From the NCBI GenBank assembly GCA_964016885.1, contig OZ024743.1:261764001-261828000 (forward strand): 64,000 bases of DNA, read 5' to 3'. Below the pieces are notes generated by a model. That model ran no database searches, had not been told where the DNA came from, and worked only from the letters and a program-made list of their open reading frames with translations. The translations under genes and the position numbers were made by a program. The DNA comes from Eledone cirrhosa. Taxonomy: Eukaryota. Positions 40,426 to 54,216 of this stretch are shown piece after piece (positions within the stretch are counted from its first letter, which is position 1; every line of letters starts with the position of its first letter).

Positions 40426-41282
40426 CTAGCAGCTGAGCCCGGTTGCACCCGGGGCCACTTTTTATTAGGTTAATAATTTGAAAAATATTATTGAAAGTTT
40501 ATTATAAAGAAGCAGTTTCAGGAAAAAAAAATAGAAATATGCACTTGGTGCTGGATGGCGTACAATGAGAAGTGGAGCGACGTGAAAAGCGTTGTTTATT
40601 AACAGCGAAGTAGCAATGTCGATGATTTGCAATTTGAAAAATACTACTTACTGTTAGTGGTGGTTAACATGTATTAGAATTAAAATAAAAACACGCGTCC
40701 CTTCTTCGCAATTTAAGGGTTTTATTTAATGGAAAACAGTGACCGTACTGCAGAATCGATTTCATAAAACGGTACTGTGAAAATGAAACGTACTGTAGAA
40801 GGCAACAGTTTATTAATCTGCATTTTCAAACTTGCATATCATCGACATTGCTATTTCGCTGTTAATAAACAATGCTTTTCACATCGCTCCACTTCTCATT
40901 GTACGCTGTCCAGCCCCAAGTGCATATTTCTATTTTTTTTCCTGAAACTGCTTCTTTATAATAAACTTTCAATAATATTTTTCAAATTATTGGTACTGTA
41001 TATTAACAGTGAAAGAACGTTGATGAGTTTAAAAATTTGTATGAAATTGTAAATAACTCATCCAAGTATTAGAACAGGGGGAAATAACTCACCGAACGCG
41101 ATAGTATTGGGGCCCCAGGGACCACATTTTTCAAGTTAGAGATTTGAAACCTCGTCTATTTGCTTCCTTGGCACTTTTTACATAGGTGTGTAAATTTTCA
41201 TGTCTGTCTGACCACGTCTACTACCATTTAACCGTGCACATCTGAATTTCAACCACCACCCATTTCACAAATATATATTAGA
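40426..41282 (-). mobile_element. Non-autonomous Helitron (nested, opposite strand)
   Basis: Minus strand A|TCTAATATATAT ... cccgggtgcaaccggg hairpin, ctcagctgCTAG|T. Confidence 0.75.
40472..40991. repeat. ~170-bp inverted repeat pair (MITE/foldback-like) inside the Helitron
   Basis: 40472-~40641 is the imperfect reverse complement of ~40822-40991. Confidence 0.85.
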
Positions 41283-42786
41283 TATCGTCTTTTTTTAATG
41301 TATCATGGATTACGTTACTGATTACATAAGACAGTGTAACTCAGTCTTCGTTCAATTTCTGTGTATATTGTCAATTGTGATTTTATTTGATGTATCATAT
41401 CTACATGCATATATACTTGCGTATAATATCAATATGCACACTACACATGCTAGCAGAAAACCACCCGAAGGGTGGTTTTTCTGCTAGTAGTAATAATGGA
41501 GCTTGAGCATGGTTTTTTATTTCACCACTTCTGTTTTTCCTCTTATTGTAGGAACATGTGTAAGATAATTAAAAGGGTTTAACTTTTTCGTCGTGCAAAT
41601 CCATCTATTTTTATGCATGTTCTCTTTACTTCTACATTCATAAAACACATCAGATTTGTTTACTCAAAGTTTGATTCCTAATACTGTATGGATTATACCT
41701 GTGATGAGGCGATTCACATTTTTGCGGATTATGGAACTTCATTGAGCTTGAAACTTTGTTGACATAACTCTGGTGGAGGCATACAGATATTGTAGTGGCA
41801 TACAGCGTTTCTTGGGCATTTTAAACTTGGCAGGGCCCATCTCTTCAAGTCTGAACATAGCTAATTTCTTCCAGAAAAATGGAGGGAATGAGAATGAGCT
41901 ACAGGGGAATAATCGACCCCAGTATTGCATTGATACTTTTTTTATCAACGTTGAAAGGATGAAAGGCAAAACTGGCCTCACATGGGATTTGAGGTCAGAA
42001 TGAATACTGCAAAGCATTCTATTCAACATTTTAACAACTGCCACAAATGTTCCTGCTTTGGCATGGTTTCTGGAGGCCCTTCCTGTTATTAACCACTTTA
42101 CATAGTATGTTGGACCTCTGTTAGTTCTGACGACGGGTGTTCTAGTCATTTGATCAATGAAATCACCTTCTTTTGAAATTGTCGCGCAAGTAGCTAAGCA
42201 TTTCACAGACACGTGTACCATTAACACAGTTTTCAGGGAGATTCATTATGAAACTGGTATACGGTTGGCTCTTTGAATTACAGGTAAAACTCATTTTTGC
42301 CAGCTGAATGAACTGGAGCAACGTGAAATAATGTGTCTTGTTCAAGGACACAATGCACTGTCAGGAATCGAACACACAGTCTTACAATTGTTTTGCTTGA
42401 ACACCCTAACTATTAAGCCACATAAGCCTTCTTATAGACTGTACTAGGTGCATTTTATCATGATACCAGAACTAGGGAATTTGTCTTGTCCTCTTAAATC
42501 TTTGCTGGATACTCTTCCTAATGCCAACCATTTTACACGGTGTACTATGTGCATTTTATTGTGGTACTATCACTAAAGAATATATATACATATTTCTTAA
42601 GAGAGAGAGTCTGTGTGCGAGAGAGGTATATATAATATATTTTCCAATGTTTGTCTATGTGTATGTCTGCTGCTTCACCCCTCTTTTCTATATATCTATT
42701 ACCTGCTCTTTGCTGTCATTCTCGTTCATTCATTGTCTTTTTTTTTTTCACTTTCATCTAAAATGCCTTATTTCTTACTGAAAATA

Positions 42787-43260
42787 GGGCGGTGAATTGG
42801 CAGTATCGGTAGAGTGTTGGACGCCATGCTTTCTAGCATAGTTACGTCCCTTTACGGTTTGAGTTCAAATCCTGCTGAGGTTAACTTTGCCTTTCATCCT
42901 TACGGGGTCGATAAAATAAAGTACCAGTAATGTACTGGGTAATTGCTGGCCTTGTGCCTAAAGTAGAAACAATTATTTCTTACTGAAAATAAAGTATCAG
43001 TAACGCACTGGGGGTCAATTTAATCGATTTTCCCTTCCCACATATTGTTGGCCTTGTGCCTATATTAGAAATCATTATTGGATTGGCAGTATCGGTAGAG
43101 GGTCAGACGTCATGCTTTGACGCATGGAGTTACGGCCCTTTCCATTCCGAGGTCAACTTTGCCTTTTATCCTTACGAGGTCGATAAAATAAAGTACCATT
43201 AATGTACTGGGTAATTGCTGGCCTTGTGCCAAAAGTAGAAACAATTATTTCTTACTGAAA
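42787..43260 (+). mobile_element. Tandem cluster of second-family SINE copies
   Basis: Two near-complete copies (42787-42975, 43080-43250) with a partial tail between them. Confidence 0.75.
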
Positions 43261-43619
43261 AATTCTACCTGTTTGCAATCTAGGTTCATATCACTATATA
43301 TCCTATTTGGCTGTTATACTTAATTACTCATTCAGTTTAACACCACCACATAGGTCTTGGCTGGTAGACTTAATCCATTGTCCAGTTTAATACCACCACT
43401 TGAGCCTTGGATATGATTGAAGCAACTATCATAGAATTAAGGGAATGGTATTTTTTCTTAAATACTTCTCCAAAAAGATGATCATTTCAAAATGAAATTC
43501 ATCAACAATTTACTAAAGTATCAGACCAAATTGTTGGATTAATGGAATTGTTTGAGCATTGGCTGTGATGCATTGCTGTAATTCTTCTTTCTCTTTGCAT
43601 TCTATATTCAGAAACTGCT

Positions 43620-44930
43620 GTGGCCTACTTTAATGGTAGACTAAATCTGTCACCCAGTTTAACACCTTTGAATATCATTAGTGGGATTTCTCTTTCCCTT
43701 TCAAGAATTACTCTTTCCCTTTCTCCTTGCCTGTGCAGCTGTAGTCACCTACCATACCCCCGGATGACACGGCATACCTGTCTGATGCCTAACCTTCACT
43801 AGTCAATATGGCTCAGCTCACACAAGATACCCCTCAAGGTCCTAGGTGTTAGTTGCCAATGTCTTTGTGGCCTCAATCTGTAAAGCCTTGGACTCTGATC
43901 GACACAGTGATTAGGAGTGATTTCATTCTGCTCTACTCGGCCTGGGTTTCCCAAACTCTGGTACCGATTGAGGAGGCTTGTCAACAGTAGTCCTGGTCAA
44001 GGCCAACATCTCAGTATGTCTGAGGCAGTCACACTCCACACATTTGTGTGCCCATAGTCCTCCAATGCTGATGCCAGCTCAAAGAATTTATGCGATCAAA
44101 TAAACACCAAGCCTATCGAGGGTGATGTCTTGACTGCCATCAGTGTAGTTGCCTCTGATGACACCATCCTCTACCCCATTGAGGAAGTCTTGGCTACTTT
44201 CCGACACAAACATACTGAGCCACCTGCAGACCTCAGACCCATACACCCACCTAACCAACCACTTTATCTGCCCCCCCCCCCCCCCACCCAGGAGGACAAT
44301 ATCTCTGCTCTGAGGTCATTCTTTGCCAGCTGCAGCAGTGGTGTCGATAGTCTCAGACTCAGCCACCTCAAGGTATCCTCCTTCACTGCCGAAGCCAGGA
44401 GCCACCTGCTGAGCACCATTGTGGCCATCACCAGCAGGTTCATTTATGGTGCCCTGGACCCTTATTCCTGAAGTCTCTTCTTTCCGGCCTCCCTCACCAC
44501 TCTCAGGAAGAAAGACAGTGTAATGTGCCCCATTGCAGTAGTAAACGCCTTCCGGAGGTCTCTCATCTGGGATGTTACATTCTATGACACCTCCTATGGC
44601 AACGTGGTGCATTCAGCTACTAACCCAGGCTCTGTTGCCTGCCAGGCTGAAGAGAGCAAACTGTCCAAGTATCAGCCACTTTCTGATAGGTTTATGGTAG
44701 AGTCTGTAGCAGTAGAAACTTCCAACATTCTTGGTCCCTGGACCACATCCCTACTCTACTTAATGCTATCGAAGTGAAGTTGTCTGTCCGTAGGTGCAAG
44801 CCCTGTGAGGTTGAGTGGCTGTTCCAGCACATCTTCCTCACCGTCCTCTGGGGCAATGTTTTCTCCATCCTGTCTGCTGGGAGCAAGAGACGACGGATAA
44901 GTTGGTTGGAAGTGGAGGATATTCGTTTCG
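43620..44930 (+). mobile_element. Degenerate CRE-like (RLE-type) non-LTR retrotransposon, RT mostly deleted
   Basis: SSGVDSLRLSHLK and PIAVVNAFRR joined directly to LIWDVTFYDT...AEESKLSKY...VAVET (restriction-like endonuclease motif). Confidence 0.65.
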
Positions 44931-45674
44931 ATATTACACATATATACACATACACAAGATAGATAAAACAAGGAGATATTAATATTTAATACGTAGAATA
45001 ATACGTATATCTCCAATCTTGCAACTTCATTTTACATCAATTATTACATATACTATTCCTATTAAATGTATATCTGGAGCATAAATCTGTATTCTGGCCA
45101 GTTTATTACTACTTCTCAACCTGGACAGAACCGGATGTGTGTGTGTGTGTGTAATTTTTTTTTTGTTTCTATTGTTTTTCTGTTTCTTCCTCTTCTCATT
45201 CTCATCTCTCTTTCTATTCTATTATTTCTCATTCTGTCTTCAAATGAAGGACTAACATCCGAAACATTGAAACGCTTTTCATTTTATTTTAAATGTTAAA
45301 CTAATTTATATCTTCATTCTACTGTATTGTTTTGCTGTGTTGTTTATCTGTTTACTTTCACACACACACACACGGACACACATTGGCAGTATCGGTAGAG
45401 GGTTGGATTATGCTTTCCAGCATAGTTACGTCCCTTTACGATGTGAGTTCAATTCCCGCCGAGGTTAACTTTGCCTTTCATCCTTACGGGGTCGATAAAA
45501 TAAAGTACCAGTAATGTACTGGGATAATTGCTGGCCTTGTGCCAAAAAATAGAAACAATTATTTCATCATACATCTATGTAATTAAGATGTCGATGATGA
45601 TGATGTAGGGGTGGATAGAGGGAGGAGTATGGCAGTGACGATGGTGTTTGAGATGAAAGAAGTGATGTTAGTGA

Positions 45675-45706
<32 letters not shown>

Positions 45707-46107
45707 CCAGCAGCAGTAGCAGGAATAGTAGTAGTAGCATGGTTATAGTAATGATGATGGTGTTTGAGATGAAAGAAGTGGTGGTGGTTGTAGTAGTAGT
45801 AGTAGTAGTTATGGTGTTTGAGATGAAAGAAGTGGTAGTGGTGATGGTGGTTGTAGTAGTAGTAGTAGTAGTAGTAGTATCATCAGCAGCAGCAAGGGTG
45901 TTTGGATACAGAATGTGGCAGGGTTCCAAGTTGTTGTAACTTCTGGAGATGTTGTCTCCCCACCTCTCCTCCATTTAATCTCTTGAATAAGGTTAAAGCT
46001 GTTCAAAATAACCCAGTAGTAGTGGTGGTGATGGCCATGGTAGGATTGGAGAGTTTAGTGTGTGCATGAGGGAGGTTGTTTGTGTGTATACATGTGGTGT
46101 GTATATA

Positions 46108-46143
<36 letters not shown>

Positions 46144-46503
46144 GGGTGAGTTACAGTGAATGTGTCTTTGTTTTGTGTGGAGTTTTGTGTATTCTAGTGT
46201 ATGTGTGTGATAGTGAGTTTGTTTTTTGGATTGTATGTATATGAGGAGCTTGTATACAGTATTGGAAACTGTATTATTTTGTAATGTATGATATATGTGT
46301 GTGTGAGTGTGTGTGCATGCACGTGTGTGTGCAAGGGCAAGTGTGCATTTATGGGTGCATGCATGTATGTTTGAAACTATAAATATTAACTTTTCTGTAT
46401 AGGTGTATTTTGGGCTGGAATGTGTTTGAGTTTGTGTGTGATCGGTGTAGGTGTGTGTACTTTTATATATATTCATGTGTAGCTGTGTGTACTTTAGTAT
46501 ATA

Positions 46504-47816
46504 CGAGGGGGGGATCAAAAAGTTCGCAGAATTTTTCAGAAAATAATCTATTTTTCCAAAAATATGATTTACCTTCAACTTATTTTTCTACATATATGCC
46601 ATCCAGGCCAATACACTTCACAAGGCGATGCTTCCAGCTTCGTAAGCCATCTCTAAAGAAAGTTGAAGGCCTTGTTCGAAGCCATGTGTTGGCAGTGTTT
46701 TTAGCTTCTTCAACACCACTAAAACGGGTTCCTTTTAGCATTTCTTTGAGTTTTGGAAAGAGGAAAAAGTCTGATGGGTCTAAATCTGGACTATAAGTCG
46801 GGTGAGAAAGCACTTCCCATCAAAATTCTCGAAGAACTTCTTTTGCAACCTGCGCAGAATGCACTGGTGCTTTGTCATGGTGAAACAAGATCTCACCATG
46901 AAGTTTCCCTTTTCGTTTCTTGACTAATGCCTCTTTCAGCTTCCTTAAAACATTTGCATAGTAAGCTCCTGACACATTTCTTTGACCTTCAAGATAATCT
47001 ATTAGTATCACCCCATCTGAATCCCAGAAAATGATGGCCATCACTTTTTGATCCGACTTTTGAGATTTGAACTTGATTGGCCCCGATGATCCACATGGAA
47101 GCTACTGTTTTGACTGCTGTTTGGATTCAGGATCATACTGGTAGATCCAAGTTTCATCTCCAGTGATGATTCTGGTCAGGAAATGCTCTTCATCAACTTC
47201 AATTTTGTTTAATATCGCCAAAGACAGATCACTTCGAAGAATCAGCTGATCAGGGTGCAATGCTTTTGGGACCCATCGCGCTGAAAGCTTACTTAGTCCC
47301 AAATTATCGTGCAGAATTGAATTTACTGAACCATATGAAATGTCTAGGGACTTAGCTAATTGGTTAACTGTTATTCTTCGATCTTCTTCAATTAAAGTCT
47401 GATCAGCCTCAACTTTTTGGTCATTTTTTGATGTTCCTGGTCTTCCACTGCAATGGTCGTCTTCAAGGTCGTCTCTCCCTTGTTTGAATCGCTGAATCCA
47501 CTTCTAGACAGCAGTTTTCTTTGGAGCAGTAGTACCGTAAACTTTAACTAAAGCCTCCATAATCTGTGTCCCTTTCCATTTGAGTTTCACCAGAAACTTG
47601 ATATTCGATCTTATCTCAAAATAACTATTTTCCATTGTTCCAAAAAGAGGTTTTTTAAAGAGTGTCAGTACTGTACAATAGTCCACGCATGACTGACTGC
47701 AAGTGACTAATAGCAAGGTTAACACCTAGTGACAATGTTCTGACATGTTTAATATTGTTTTAACCTGATTTTTTCTTGCTACAATAAAATTCCACAAACT
47801 TTTTGATCCCCCCTCG
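46504..47816 (-). mobile_element. Full-length mariner transposon
   Basis: TA|CGAGGGGGGGATCAAAAAGTT ... AACTTTTTGATCCCCCCTCG|TA. 1313 bp. Confidence 0.95.
46580..47635 (-). pseudogene. DD34D mariner transposase with in-frame stops
   Basis: MENSYFEIRSNIKF...WVPKAL...TGDETW...HHDKAPVH...YSPDLDPSDF in one frame. Stops at 47504, 47102 and 46820. Confidence 0.93.
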
Positions 47817-50016
47817 TATATATTTATATGTAGGTGTGTACATGTATCGAGGTGGTGAATTGGCAGTCATTAGAACATCGGATAGAATGCTTTGTGGTAT
47901 TTATTCAGACTTTCTGCTCTCTGAGTTCAAATCCGGCAGAGGTCAACTTTACCTTTTGATCCTTTCACTTTCAATAAAAAAAAAAGTACCAGTCCAGTAC
48001 TGGAGTCAATTCTTCCTCTATAACACTTCCTCTCTCTCACTCTCTATTTTTCTTTGGAAGAAATCTTCTCCACCAGGTTTAAACAAAATTCCCAAGAAAC
48101 ATTGTACGTCACTATGGTGCCCTTACAATTCCACCAGCAGTTATGGATTAATAAAAATAAAAATATATTTTCATTCTTTTGTCAAATATGGGAGACAACT
48201 CTTAGCATGCTTCAGTTTTATGAAACTTCCTCAGCAAGGTATAGACTCTTTTATATCACGTACTCAGTAGAAAGGGCAATTCCATGATCCTTCTAAGGAG
48301 CTTCCAAGACTGGTGGGAGGAAGAAAGATATCAAACTGAAGACTTGCAATAGAATTGACTCCACAAAAAGAGCCGAGGGAGGGGTATTAAACCAGGCAAC
48401 ACATTAATTTCACCACTGAAGTAGCCCATGGCCAGTAGTTGTACTTAGAACACAAGGCCAGAACAAATGCCACAAGACATCCTATCCAACACTTAAACAA
48501 TTTCACCACATGAGGCTGTAAAACACTCAATGACCTATTTTTCACTAAACTATATCATCTAACTCCTTTTGCTATCATTCTTTTCTTAAGTTTTCTTAAC
48601 CTTCAAAGAACCTAATGTTATGCCTTCTCCAAAACACTGGTGCAAAATGGCACTAAGAACCTTGAATAAAGCCCAATCTCTGTGTTTGAGAGTAATTTGG
48701 TTGATCTGTTCACTTGATAGGTCATTTGTCAATTTTTGTTAGATTTTCCTGCTGGAACAATGAAGCTCAGCATTATTTTAAATTAATTTAGTCAGGTCAA
48801 GAGAGAAGCAACAGTACACATGACTTGTGCGGATCCTCTTAGATTGAGGAGATTGATGCAATTCATCACCATCATCTTGGTTTCTTGGTTGCATGGATTA
48901 CCATGATGTATGTATGTGTGTGTGTGATAAGAAAACAAAAAATAACAAAACAAACAACACAGTACATTGAAGAAATATATTAGTTTAATGCTTGAAATAG
49001 CAGGAAAAGTCCCTCATGGGCAGATAAAGTTAGAAATAGAAGATAAAATAGAAAGATAAAGAGTGAGAAGAGGAAGGAACAGAGTAGGGGATTATCACAA
49101 AAAGGGCAGGGAACACATGTGTATTGAGTCAGCCATTTTATATATATGTATTGCTATTAGGAGAGTGTATATTATTATGTATGAGTTAACAAAGTTTCAC
49201 TTTAAAATGTTTTTATTACATATTGAATGTTATGTTTCACAGATGCTTGGTTCTAAGTATTTATTATGTGATCAACATAACTCCAGTATTGTGTGGACTC
49301 AATCATGAAAATGCTTTGAGTCCACATGTCTGGTGATGATACCTGAGAGGTCATTTCAGTTATGTTGAGAACAAGACAATACCCCTTGTGCTGGTGACAT
49401 GATAAAATGCACCCACTGCACTCTTTGAAGTGATTATTGATAGGAAGAGCATCCAACTCTAGAAACTATGCCAAAACTGGAATGTATATAAGCATGATAT
49501 GGCCCCCATTCTGTCAGGTTGGACAGTTGCTCTGATTAAGTACTGATCTGGTCTGAGATGATCTGTCTAACCCATGTGAGCATGGAAAAAGGGATGTTAA
49601 ATGAAAATGATGATTTGAATACACACAGTACACTGTAAAGTGGTTGGTGATAGAAAGATTGCCAAACAAAGGGTGAGGAGGACCCTCAGTTGTGTCAAAG
49701 ACATGACAATTTATCTTGTGCACTCAGTAGAATGTGAGACTGTACATAAGACACAGATCCCTGGCCTGTCTGGTTGATCAGTACCCTGCTTCTGTACCAA
49801 CTTGGTCTATGTACTGACTTGGTCTACTGACCTGTCCAGCAGGGAAAGCGGACATTTAAAACGCTGATGTTGATGATGATTTTAGTGTTAGTTTTTAATT
49901 CGTTTGGTACCAAGCCACCTGAAACTGTGCATGGGTCTATGACATGAAGCTGTTTATTTCGAAGAGTATCTAAAATCCTTCCATCATAATTTTATGTGGT
50001 GGTTGTGGAGGTGTCA

Positions 50017-50260
50017 TCACGAAAAGCACCCAGCCCACACTGTAAAGTGGTCATGTAGGCAACACAGAAAAAAAGCACCCAGCACTCACTGTAAATAAGG
50101 TTGGTGTTAGGAAGGGCATCCAGCTGTAGAAATCAAGCCAAAATCAGTTCCCGTATGAGCAAGACAAGGTGACCCAACCTGGCACTGCCCACAACAGGAC
50201 AACCCGTCTAACCCATGCTAGTGTGGAAGAATGGATGTAAAACGGTGATGATGATGATGA
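50017..50260 (+). mobile_element. RTE family A-like 3' UTR fragment
   Basis: Matches 20230-20470, with (GAT)n tail. Confidence 0.88.
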
Positions 50261-51079
50261 TCTTTATTAAGTTAAATTCAAAACACTAGCTTAATAATGA
50301 GAAAGTTTATATTACTAAATCCCTCCAAATTCTTGATTATTTTCAAAATGATTTGATAATCCTAAGTAGTGTCTTTCATTAGAAATATGGAAACAAAAGA
50401 GTTAAACATTCAGAAGGCAGTAGATGTTAGATTATAGAATACTTAACAGAATAATTCAGTATTTAACTACATGTTTTTGGCCAGCAATAAGCTACAGAAA
50501 ATCAGAGATAAGTGCTATTCCTATGTATTCTTTAAATTTGGAATGAATTATTCTTGTCTTGTAGCATAAAAAACAAACTCAACTTTTTATTTTATCTCTT
50601 ATATCAGACCTCCCCTCCCCAACTCTTGATTTCTCTATATTTTTAACTACATGACATTTTAAATGTTCTTCTTCACATCTTTCATTTTGTTTTCTAAAAT
50701 TTCCTTCTTTGTGTTATATACGCATGTGTGTGTATATGTGTGTATACATATATATATATATATATATGAACACACACACACATATTTATGCACATATACG
50801 TATGTGTGTGTGTGTGTACATATATGAGTATTCTGCCTAGTTAGGGTATGATTTATAACCATCTAACAACTCCATGTAATGTTCATGTGAATATTTAATC
50901 AGAGAAGAGTGCCACCTATTCCCATAGCCTGATGATCCCCTTGTCACCGAGTATTAAAACTGAACAAGGCTAGTAGAGAAGACATATATATTAAGACTGA
51001 TGGTATAGAGTTACATAATTACCATTAGTTAACCTGCACAATAGTATTCTGCTTACTGAAACAGCTTCAGTGCTTAATT

Positions 51080-52450
51080 GCTTTATATTATGCTGCTGTC
51101 AACCTTTATGGCTGGTCCCTCAGTAGGATCCTCATGAGGTAGGACCTCATTGTCCCAATCATTTTCCTCATTCAGCAGTCTCTCATAGAGTCTTCCATGC
51201 CCCTGTCTTTTTGTCGTCATACAGAGCAAGTGCTCCGCTATCATTTCAGAGACACTTTTCTCTAACGGCATCATGATTTTCTCCAGCTTACTGTCTCGCA
51301 ATCCTGAACACTTCACGCCTCTGATCTTCATGACACAGAACATGCGCAAACTTTTTCTTTTCTGCCTCTTCCCTCACTAGATATACTTGGCACCTGGTCT
51401 CCCTTTTTGCTATCTGGTATTGCTTTCTGTCTCCTCCATTTTCTCTAGGCTTATCTTTTTGTTTTAATGGCTCTTTCTACTTTGTAATTCCACCATCATG
51501 TCGCCCTCTGTCTGCGTGAGACCTTGCTCCTGCCGCAGACCTGGCTTGTGGCTTCCAGCAGGTTGTCACGTAGAAATTTCCAATTTTTCTCTGTCACATG
51601 TCACGAACTCTTCTTCCTTATTGTCATCAGCATCAAGTAGGATTTCTCTAAATGTGTTACCTACAAAATATTCTCTCAGCTTGCAAGTCTTCCTTCTCCA
51701 GACGCTTTTGTCTCTTGGTCCACCTTGCCCTTATTTTTAAGGTCACTGACAACTAATCTATGTTGCGAGGTACATTCCTCCCCAGCGAAAAACTTGGTAT
51801 TTATGACCAATTGCTTGTCTCGTTTCCTAGTGAGGATGAAGTCTATTTGGCTTGTTTGTCCCCTTGGTTGGTAGGTAATCAAATGGTAGGCTTGTTTCTT
51901 AAAGTTTGTTACAGATCATTAAGTCGAGATCATCATAGAACTCCAGAAGCCTAGTTCCCTCCTTGTTTCTTGTGCCAAATCAGTAGCCTCTGTGTATGCA
52001 AGGGAATCCATCCTGATATTTTCTCAACATATCCATTGAAATCACCAGCTGCTATCATAAGATCACTGTCATCTGTCATTGCAGTAGTCTGTAGGAGGGC
52101 CTCATATAAATGGTATTTTTGTTCATTGACAAGCCCAGCTTGTGGGGTGTATGCAGATAGTATAGTAGCTGTAGTATTGCCCAAGGCTAGTTTAACTTAA
52201 CTATTTCATCACTCACTCTGACTACCTCAATTACCTGGTCTACTCATTTCTCTGTAAAGAGCATTACTACTTCACCAACCCCGTTTTTGCCACCACCCAG
52301 AATTTGTACCAGTGTTCCTTGCCTGTGATAAATCTGGCTGAACCCCCTTCCACCTCACTTCTTGCCCACAGCACACATCTACTTCTCTCCTCTCTAACAT
52401 CTCCACAATCTCACTGCACTTACCTCTCATTGTTCTGACATTCAATGTGG
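51080..52450 (-). mobile_element. Old degenerate RTE APE/linker fragment
   Basis: ATLNVRTMRGK...EMLERREVD, SAYTPQAG, GDFNG, SQIDFIL, ECTSQHRLV, YERLLNEEN. Confidence 0.85.
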
Positions 52451-52615
52451 CAAATCTGATGTCCCATGCTTGGTGGGAAATAGGATGCATGGCTGTCTTT
52501 CTCTTTTACTGGGTTTTATGGGTAGGAGAGCTTTCTAACTTTGTGTATGTGTGTGTAAATATATCCATCTATCTATCTATCTATCTAATATATATCTATA
52601 TATATATATAGGTAT

Positions 52616-54047
52616 TAGAATGATCGAGTATCGAAAAATCGGCGCACGAGTTCACGATAAACAAAATTCGAAATGAGCGGCAGAGGGCTCAATAATTCAG
52701 ATGAATCAGAGCTATAACTATCGTTAAAATACCGTCACACATAGAACAAGTCTAAAATCAACCATACGATAAAAAAAATCGATAATAGAAGATTCGGGAC
52801 AATCAGATAAAAAGTATCAATAAATCAATAAATCAATAATTTAAATGAATGTAAAATCATACCCGGACCCGCTAGAAAGGTGTTAAATCTAGCTTCTTGG
52901 GTTTCTGTAAATCCTTAGACTGTACTCTATCAGCTCACATATAAATATATAAGACTTCTAGAATAAGCGGACTGGAAATTTACTTTTTCAACGAGCTTCG
53001 TCCTAGCGGATAAGAGGCTAACTACAAGCAAAATACGCACATGGAATCCGGCAAGGGAGATAACCTCTACATCCGCGAAAACTATTCGAGGAAATGTGGA
53101 AATACACATATCGAATAAAAGTGCTCAATAGACATGTTAAAATAAAACAGGAGCTATTCATCACTCAATAGAATCGACAAAAAATGAGCAATAAAATTAA
53201 CTGGTGGATAGCTATGTCCAGAGCTAAAAATATTAGAATGATCGAGTATCGAAAAATCGGCGCACGAGTTCACGATAAACAAAATTCGAAATGAGCGGCA
53301 GAGGGCTCAATAATTCAGATGAATCAGAGCTATAACTATCGTTAAAATACCGCCACACATAGAACAAGTCTAAAATCAACCATACGATAAAAAAATCGAT
53401 AATAGAAGATTCGGGACAATCAGATAAAAAATATCAATAAATCAATAAATCAATAATTTAAATGAATGTAAAATCATACCCGGACCCGCTAGAAAGGTGT
53501 TAAATCTAGCTTCTTGGGTTTCTGTAAATCCTTAGACTGTACTCTATCAGCTCACATATAAATATATAAGACTTCTAGAATAAGCGGACTGGAAATTTAC
53601 TTTTTCAACGAGCTTCGTCCTAGCGGATAAGAGGCTAACTACAAGCAAAATACGCACATGGAATCCGGCAAGGGAGATAACCTCTACATCCGCGAAAACT
53701 ATTCGAGGAAATGTGGAAATACACATATCGAATAAAAGTGCTCAATAGACATGTTAAAATAAAACAGGAGCTATTCATCACTCAATAGAATCGACAAAAA
53801 ATGAGCAATAAAATTAACTGGTGGATAGCTATGTCCAGAGCTAAAAATATTAGAATGATCGAGTATCGAAAAATCGGCGCACGAGTTCACGATAAACAAA
53901 ATTCGAAATGAGCGGCAGAGGGCTCAATAATTCAGATGAATCAGAGCTATAACTATCGTTAAAATACCGTCACACATAGAACAAGTCTAAAATCAACCAT
54001 ACGATAAAAAAATCGATAATAGAAGATTCGGGACAATCAGATAAAAA
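52616..54047 (-). mobile_element. Tandem 617/618-bp non-coding element (~2.3 units) with 16-bp TSD, retrozyme-like
   Basis: Units start at 52613, 53231 and 53848. Flanked by atatatatataggtat at 52600-52615 and 54048-54063. TT-bulged hairpin at 52687-52712. Confidence 0.8.
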
Positions 54048-54159
54048 ATATATATATAGGTATACAAGTTACCGTTTTCAGTTACTCTGTAAATGCCTGA
54101 AATAAATCCTATTGTATTGCTAATTTGTGTAAATCTTTATTTATCTATTTGTATAAATG

Positions 54160-54212
<53 letters not shown>

Positions 54213-54216
<4 letters not shown>

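Larger units (their letters stand above)
40164..41487 (+). mobile_element. Non-autonomous Helitron (outer)
   Basis: A|TCTATATCTAAACTATAATAAAG 5' end. 3' hairpin ccaccc-gaa-gggtgg followed by CTAG|T. Confidence 0.65.

Noticed and set aside
41552-41559. Possible 8-nt micro-exon (ttgtag|gaacatgt|gtaaga)
   Set aside because: Splice-like signals alone are common, and there is no supporting coding evidence.
45238-45275. Hammerhead relic caaatgaaggactaacatccgaaac
   Set aside because: The core and cleavage site are too degenerate to call. It may be an old member.
52665-52712. Plus-strand type II hammerhead (GAAA-TGAGC...GCTCA, CAGATGA)
   Set aside because: The core is mismatched, and stems I and II cannot form.
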